DNA of 38,554 bases. Origin: an uncultured Planctomycetaceae bacterium. Its GTDB lineage: Bacteria; Planctomycetota; Phycisphaerae; Phycisphaerales; Zrk34. Where the stretch lies: assembly GCA_964345245.1 (NCBI GenBank), contig CAYFQS010000001.1:1-38554 (forward strand), in the 5' to 3' direction. The notes beneath the pieces are model-generated. The model was not told the origin of the DNA, searched no databases, and was given only the letters and a program-made list of their open reading frames with translations. Of this stretch, positions 33,838-38,554 are shown piece after piece. The position numbers and the translations under genes are program-made. Positions within the stretch are counted from its first letter, which is position 1; the number at the start of each line of letters is the position of its first letter.

Positions 33838-33909
33838 CCCTCCTCGACGTGGATCCGGACGCTAACGCGATGGATTACCGCTGGATGCGATAATCCGTCG
33901 GTACTGCGG

Positions 33910-33940
33910 TTGACGGTTCACGCGCGATTCGGAGTACAAT
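33910..33940 (+). promoter_or_regulatory. Sigma-70-like promoter TTGACG-N19-TACAAT for the exbB operon
   Basis: Reads cggTTGACGgttcacgcgcgattcggagTACAATgtcc, ~60 nt upstream of ATG 34000, which itself has GGGAG 7 nt upstream. A 10-bp imperfect inverted repeat (cgatggatta...taatccgtcg) lies just upstream. Confidence 0.45.
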
Positions 33941-33999
33941 GTCCCCCCACGTGCGGCTGATGTGGCCGGGCGATGACGAGTCGGCTTGGGAGCACGCTC

Positions 34000-34827
34000 A
34001 TGCGGCAACGCGGACGAAACGTGGGACGGTGGCAATGGCGGGTGCATCAGGCGGCGGCGATCCTCCTCGGGCTCGGCGGCGCCACAAGCTTCGCGCAGGC
34101 CCCGGAGGCGGCGCCCGCCGGGCCGCCCGGACAAGTCCCCACCGGCACGGGCATCACGATCGACGAGCTGTTCATGACCAGCCCGGTCATCAACTTCATC
34201 CTCCTCGTGATGTCGGTGCTCGCCCTGCTGATCTTTCTCTACCTGCTGATGACGATCCGGACCGGGGCGTTCGCCCCGGCCCGGTTCATCGACAACGTGA
34301 CCAAGCTCGTGCTCAGCCGGCAGTTCAAACAGGCCCAGAACCTGTGCCAGAACAACGAGCAGTTTTTCGCCGCGAGCATGATCCAGCGCTGCGTCGAACA
34401 TCACCGCAGCGATCCGGCGGTGGTCATGGAGGTGCTGAGCACGGAAGGCCGGCGACGGGCGGACATCATCCGCAACCGGATCAACTATCTCGCCGAGATC
34501 GGGGCGATCGCCCCGATGCTCGGGCTGCTGGGCACGGTGATCGGGATGATCAAGGCGTTCTTCACGCTGGACACCCGCACGCCGGGCACGGCGGCGCTGC
34601 TGAAGGACAGTATCGCCGAGGCGATGGGCACGACGATGTTCGGGCTGATCGTGGCCCTGCTCGCGGGGGTGTTCTACGTGATCGTGCGCGGCCGGGTGAC
34701 GGCGGTGCTCGCCGACACCGAGCAGGTCTGCCACACCGTGGCCGACCACGTGATCCGGGCGGGGCGGTCGCGGTCGAACAGTTCCTCGTCGTCGGAGCGT
34801 GAGTCGAAGCAGGAGACAACGGCATGA
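34000..34827 (+). CDS. exbB: MotA/TolQ/ExbB-family proton channel
   Basis: Signal-like N-terminus, then three TM helices. The family core is LAEIGAIAPMLGLLGTVIGMIKAF...IAEAMGTTMFGLIVAL. Confidence 0.85.
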   Translation: MRQRGRNVGRWQWRVHQAAAILLGLGGATSFAQAPEAAPAGPPGQVPTGTGITIDELFMTSPVINFILLVMSVLALLIFLYLLMTIRTGAFAPARFIDNVTKLVLSRQFKQAQNLCQNNEQFFAASMIQRCVEHHRSDPAVVMEVLSTEGRRRADIIRNRINYLAEIGAIAPMLGLLGTVIGMIKAFFTLDTRTPGTAALLKDSIAEAMGTTMFGLIVALLAGVFYVIVRGRVTAVLADTEQVCHTVADHVIRAGRSRSNSSSSSERESKQETTA

Positions 34828-35267
34828 GCTTTGAATCCGACCAGCCGGAAGCAAGGCGCAGTCTGCCGCTGGCGCCGATGCTCGACATCCTCTTCCTGCT
34901 GCTCGTGTTCTTCGTGACCACGAGCACCTTTCAGGCCGAGGAACGGCAGATGGACGTGATGCTGCCCACGGCGGAGACGGCCCCTCGGGCCGACGCTTCG
35001 CCCACGCAGATCGTGATCAACGTGCTCGACGACGGGTCGATCCAGGTCGGACCGTCGACGTACACCATCGACGCCCTCGGCCGGCTGCTGGGGCAACTGG
35101 TGGACGACTTTCCCAACGAACAGGTGGTGATCCGCGGCGACCAGGACGTGAAGTACCAGCGGATCATCCGCGTGATGGACACCGCCCGGGCGGCGGGCAT
35201 CCGCAGCATCTACTTCGCCACGGTGAAGTCGGCCTCCCAGGTCACCGGCGAGCCGGTCGGCGGCTGA
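34824..35267 (+). CDS. exbD: ExbD/TolR-family protein
   Basis: Motifs PMLDILFLLLVFFV and VVIRGDQDVKYQRIIRVMDTARAAG. ATGA overlap with the exbB stop. AGGAG lies 8 nt upstream. Confidence 0.85.
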   Translation: MSFESDQPEARRSLPLAPMLDILFLLLVFFVTTSTFQAEERQMDVMLPTAETAPRADASPTQIVINVLDDGSIQVGPSTYTIDALGRLLGQLVDDFPNEQVVIRGDQDVKYQRIIRVMDTARAAGIRSIYFATVKSASQVTGEPVGG

Positions 35268-35288
35268 ACGCGGCGCCACGACGCCCCG

Positions 35289-35294
35289 TATCAT
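35289..35294 (+). promoter_or_regulatory. -10-like hexamer TATCAT upstream of the TPR gene
   Basis: Reads ccgTATCATgcatcATG, 5 nt before ATG 35300. It is unclear whether 35300 or 35399 is the real start, so this may be an internal promoter with a ~100-nt leader rather than a leaderless one. Confidence 0.25.
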
Positions 35295-35398
35295 GCATCA
35301 TGCACTCTTCCCGTGATGGCAATTCGGTGTCAGGGTCGCTTCCGCCCGCGGGGCGGGGCGCCAACGTCGGGCTCACGCAGCCCGGCTCTGACTCACGC

Positions 35399-37897
35399 AT
35401 GCGGTCGTTCGCGGCCCTGTCCATGGTCCTGACCGTGTTGCTCGCGACACCGACATTCGCCCAGAACGACGCGGATCGGCAGTTCACCTTCGCCTATCAG
35501 CTCATGCGGCGGGGCGAGACGGAACTCGCCGTCGACGCCTTCGAGTCGTTCAATCGTCAGTTCGACGACGATCCCCGCACGAGCGACGCTTATTACTACC
35601 TCGCCCTGCTGTCGTACCGGCAGGGCGACGTGGACACGGCGAGGCGGTCGCTGAGCCAGGTGAGCCGGCCGGTGACGATCGCCCCCGCCGCGGTCGACCT
35701 GCTGCGCGGGCAGGTGCTGCTGGTGAGCAACCAGCCGGCGGAGTCGGCGAAGGTGCTGGAACAGATCGAAGAGTCGAAGCTGGCCGACGACGCCACGCGG
35801 TCGACCTGGCGTTACCTGCTCGGCGTGGCGTATCGCAGCATCGGCAACGACGCGGGGGCGGCGGCGCAGTTTGAGGCGTCGGCCAAGCTCGAAACGTCCA
35901 TTCAGGCCGCGGCCCTGCTCGAACTCGGCAAGGCCCGCATCGCCCTGAACCAGACGAACCAGGCCATCGACGCATTGCGGCGGGCGGCGAAGGCGGCGGG
36001 CGATCCCGCCGTCGCCGGCGACGCCCGCGCGCTCGCGGCGGGGCTGGCCTACCAGGCCGGCCGCTTCGACCTCGCCGCCGAGCTGTGGCGCGAGGTGATC
36101 GACCAGCACGCCACGCACCCGGCGTTCCAGCAGGCGCCGCTCCAGCGCGTCCAGGCCCTCGCGGCCGGCGGGCAATACCCGCGGCTCATCGAGGAATACG
36201 ACGCCCTGGCGAAGCTGATGTCCGAGTCCGACCGCGCGGAGGCGACGTACTGGCTCGCGGTGTCCCAGGCCCAGCTCGAGAAATACCACGCCGCGGCCGA
36301 GACGCTCGAGTCATTCCTCAAGAACTATGGCGACCACCCGATGGCGGCCGAGGCGCACTACCTGCTCGCCGTGTCGCTGTACCGCACGGAGCAGTTCGAG
36401 CGGTTCGAGCAAGTGGCGGCCGACTTCGTGGCCGATCGGCGGAACTCGCCGCGGCGGATGGACCTGATGTACCTCTGGGGCCAGGCGGCGATCCGGACCG
36501 ACCGGGCGGAGGAAGCGATCCGCCGGCTCAGCCCGCTCGCCGAATCGCAGGGCGAGCCGCACGCGGCCACCGCCCTGCTTCAGCGGGCCGCCCTTTTCGC
36601 CCGGACGGACCGCGCCGACCGCGCCATCGCGGACTACCAGGCCTTCGTTGAGCGTTACGAAGCCGACCCGCGCGTCGCCACCGCCCGTCGGCGACTGATC
36701 GACCTCGCCTTCCGACAGGGCGAGTTCGAGAAGGTGATCCCGGCAGCGAAGCAGTGGCTCGCCGACGGCCGGCCCGACACCGCCGCGGCGGCGAACGTCA
36801 AGCTTCGCCTCGCCATCGCCCAGATCAAGTCCGACGCCACGGAGGCGGCGCTGAAGACGCTGGATGACCTGATCGCCACGAAGCCGGCCGACGACGTCGC
36901 CTCGCTGGCCCATTACTACCGCGGGCTGCTGCTCACCGCCCGGGCCCCGGTGGCCGCCGGGGCGGACAATGCGACATTGCATCAGGCGGTGGCATCGCTG
37001 GAACAGGCCCTGGCCGGGCCGCTCGGCGAATCGCAGAAGCTCGAGTCGTGGCAACTGCTCGCCCGGCTGCAGCGGACCGCGGGGCGGACGGACAAGGCCC
37101 TCGACGCGTTCGAGCAGCTCAGCCGGCGGAAGAAGCCGGCGGAGTTCGAGACGCCGGTCGCCATGTGGATCGGCCGGGAACTGCTTCGGCGAGGCGACGC
37201 GGACAAGGCGATCCGATGGTTCACCCTCGTGCTCGAGCGATCCGGCCTCGAGCCGGACACCGAGACCGAAGCCCTGTTCCGGGCCGGCCAGGCCTACCGC
37301 GAACTCGGGCAGTGGAGCAAGGCGATCGACGCGTTGCGCAAGGTCGTCGCCTTCGGGCACGGCTTCGGCGACCAGGGCCGACTCAGCCTCGCCCAGGCAC
37401 TGGTCGGGGCGGAGCAGGTGGACCAGGCACTGGACGAATACGACATGCTCATGTCGGCCGATTCGAGCCGGGTCGCCGCGACCGCCCTGTTCGAAGGCGC
37501 GCAGCTTCGGATGAAGCGGGCGAACCAGTACGCCGCGGCCAAGGATGAACGCCGGGCGTCTGCCGAACGCCGCGAGGCCCGCAAGCGACTCAATCGGCTG
37601 GTCATTCTCTACTCCCTGCCGCAGCTCGAACCGCTTCCGCAGCAGGCGCTGCTCGACCTCGCCCGGCTGGACATGGCGGCAGGCGCACCCGACGCCGCCC
37701 GCGAGCACTACCGAGAACTCATCCAGCGATTCGGGGAAAGCCCCTGGGCGGCCATCGCCCGGGCCGAGGTCATGATCCTCGACGGCAAGCGCGGCGACGG
37801 GGTGTTCCTGCTCGAGAAGGTCGCCACGAAAAGCGAGAGCGACGTGGTCAAGCAGGCCGCCCGCCGGCGACTGCGGGAACTCGGAGAAACACCATGA
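35399..37897 (+). CDS. Secreted TPR-repeat protein (~830 aa)
   Basis: Signal peptide MRSFAALSMVLTVLLATPTFAQ, followed by many TPR-like helical pairs (AYYYLALLSYRQGD, ATYWLAVSQAQLEKY, AHYLLAVSLYR and others). ATG 35300 is the alternative start, but GC3 is lower in that extension. Confidence 0.75.
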   Translation: MRSFAALSMVLTVLLATPTFAQNDADRQFTFAYQLMRRGETELAVDAFESFNRQFDDDPRTSDAYYYLALLSYRQGDVDTARRSLSQVSRPVTIAPAAVDLLRGQVLLVSNQPAESAKVLEQIEESKLADDATRSTWRYLLGVAYRSIGNDAGAAAQFEASAKLETSIQAAALLELGKARIALNQTNQAIDALRRAAKAAGDPAVAGDARALAAGLAYQAGRFDLAAELWREVIDQHATHPAFQQAPLQRVQALAAGGQYPRLIEEYDALAKLMSESDRAEATYWLAVSQAQLEKYHAAAETLESFLKNYGDHPMAAEAHYLLAVSLYRTEQFERFEQVAADFVADRRNSPRRMDLMYLWGQAAIRTDRAEEAIRRLSPLAESQGEPHAATALLQRAALFARTDRADRAIADYQAFVERYEADPRVATARRRLIDLAFRQGEFEKVIPAAKQWLADGRPDTAAAANVKLRLAIAQIKSDATEAALKTLDDLIATKPADDVASLAHYYRGLLLTARAPVAAGADNATLHQAVASLEQALAGPLGESQKLESWQLLARLQRTAGRTDKALDAFEQLSRRKKPAEFETPVAMWIGRELLRRGDADKAIRWFTLVLERSGLEPDTETEALFRAGQAYRELGQWSKAIDALRKVVAFGHGFGDQGRLSLAQALVGAEQVDQALDEYDMLMSADSSRVAATALFEGAQLRMKRANQYAAAKDERRASAERREARKRLNRLVILYSLPQLEPLPQQALLDLARLDMAAGAPDAAREHYRELIQRFGESPWAAIARAEVMILDGKRGDGVFLLEKVATKSESDVVKQAARRRLRELGETP

Positions 37898-38554
37898 GCC
37901 ATCGTGAGAGAATCTTCGGCATCGTCGCGCTGGTGGTGAGTCTCGTCGTGCACGGCGTGGTGGCGATGGAAGCGATGAACGTGTCCCTCGACGCGGCCGG
38001 CGCCCGGCTGTTCCGCCCGCCCCCTCTCGAGCCCGACGACATGGTCCGCGCCTACCGGGCCGATACGGACCTGATCGTGGACGAGGGGGTGGCGCCCATC
38101 GAATCACTCGACGAAATGGTGATGACCGGCGAGGGCGCGACCGACGACACCGCGGCGGCGAAGCGCGAAGCGGAGCAGATGATCGACGAGCCCGACGTCC
38201 CGGACGAACTGCCGGACGACATGACCGAGCCGTCGGAGGTGGCCGGCTCGGAACCGGACGACCTCGATCCCGCCCCGCCCCCGCCGCCGGCCGGGCCGAT
38301 TCCCGACATCACGGGTAAAACGAAATCCGTCGACCTGACCGAGAAACTCATCGCGATGGGCAGCGCGTCGGTGGTGCTGCCGAAGTTCGTGGGCGACATG
38401 GACATCGTGCAGGCCCCCGATCCGCAGGCCAGGCCCGTCGACCCGACGCGATCGGTCGGCGAAGCCGACCTTGAAGCCGTGGCCTCCGCCGGGCGCGATG
38501 GCGACGGGGCCGGCGAAGACGAGATCGACGTGGAAGGACTCGCCGCGGGCGACG
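37894..38554 (+). CDS. TonB-like protein, 5' partial (runs off the window)
   Basis: ATGA overlap with the TPR stop. The frame is open to the edge and is not in the ORF track. The N-terminal TM IFGIVALVVSLVVHGVVAMEAMNVS has Ser16, His20 and Ser31, matching the TonB S-x3-H signature. An acidic and PPPPP-containing linker follows. Confidence 0.55.
   Translation, partial: MSHRERIFGIVALVVSLVVHGVVAMEAMNVSLDAAGARLFRPPPLEPDDMVRAYRADTDLIVDEGVAPIESLDEMVMTGEGATDDTAAAKREAEQMIDEPDVPDELPDDMTEPSEVAGSEPDDLDPAPPPPPAGPIPDITGKTKSVDLTEKLIAMGSASVVLPKFVGDMDIVQAPDPQARPVDPTRSVGEADLEAVASAGRDGDGAGEDEIDVEGLAAGD

Noticed and set aside
34000-35267. The MotA/ExbB-ExbD pair as a Zorya-like (ZorAB) anti-phage module.
   Set aside because: ExbB is of ordinary size with no long ZorA-type tail. 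ExbD lacks a peptidoglycan-binding domain. The partners are a TPR protein and a TonB-like protein rather than ZorC/D-type nuclease or helicase genes. HrpB is 3 kb away in a separate unit.

Overview
High-GC (roughly two-thirds G+C by eye), gene-dense chromosomal window. It is probably from a high-GC Gram-negative organism, possibly a planctomycete, but I cannot verify taxonomy without a search. I support 27 protein-coding genes plus one truncated permease remnant. I found no rRNA, tRNA, CRISPR array, transposase or integrase. The many long ORFs antisense to these genes look like GC-driven shadow ORFs.

Gene content:
- An MlaF/MlaD-like pair and a DegT-family aminotransferase.
- A ~10 kb minus-strand operon: three paralogous SPFH (HflK/HflC-like) proteins, an ABC ATPase, a giant ABC-2 permease and an unrecognised 658-aa anchored protein. 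A second ABC-2 permease lies divergent to it.
- A P1B heavy-metal ATPase and pheS.
- A TonB-like protein carrying a CARDB domain.
- An SfsA-DUF123 two-domain fusion.
- A URO-D-family protein.
- An ArnT-like / ArnC-like / LAB_N envelope-glycosylation trio.
- An N-terminally extended ThiE, a MetE-C-domain-like protein, HrpB, a GH39 hydrolase and a LysE exporter.
- An exbB-exbD-TPR-tonB-like operon that runs off the right edge.

Most noteworthy:
1. The triple-SPFH + ABC-2 operon, which is not a characterised system as far as I know.
2. A repeat family built from CCGAAAN heptamers. One copy forms a 22-bp perfect (34-bp near-perfect) inverted repeat around a 108-nt core.
3. A TANNNT hexamer 6-9 nt upstream of the start codon of at least eight transcription-unit-initial genes that lack a Shine-Dalgarno, implying leaderless mRNAs.
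4. The SfsA-DUF123 fusion of two nuclease-like domains.

All functional calls come from motif recognition by eye. No database search was run.
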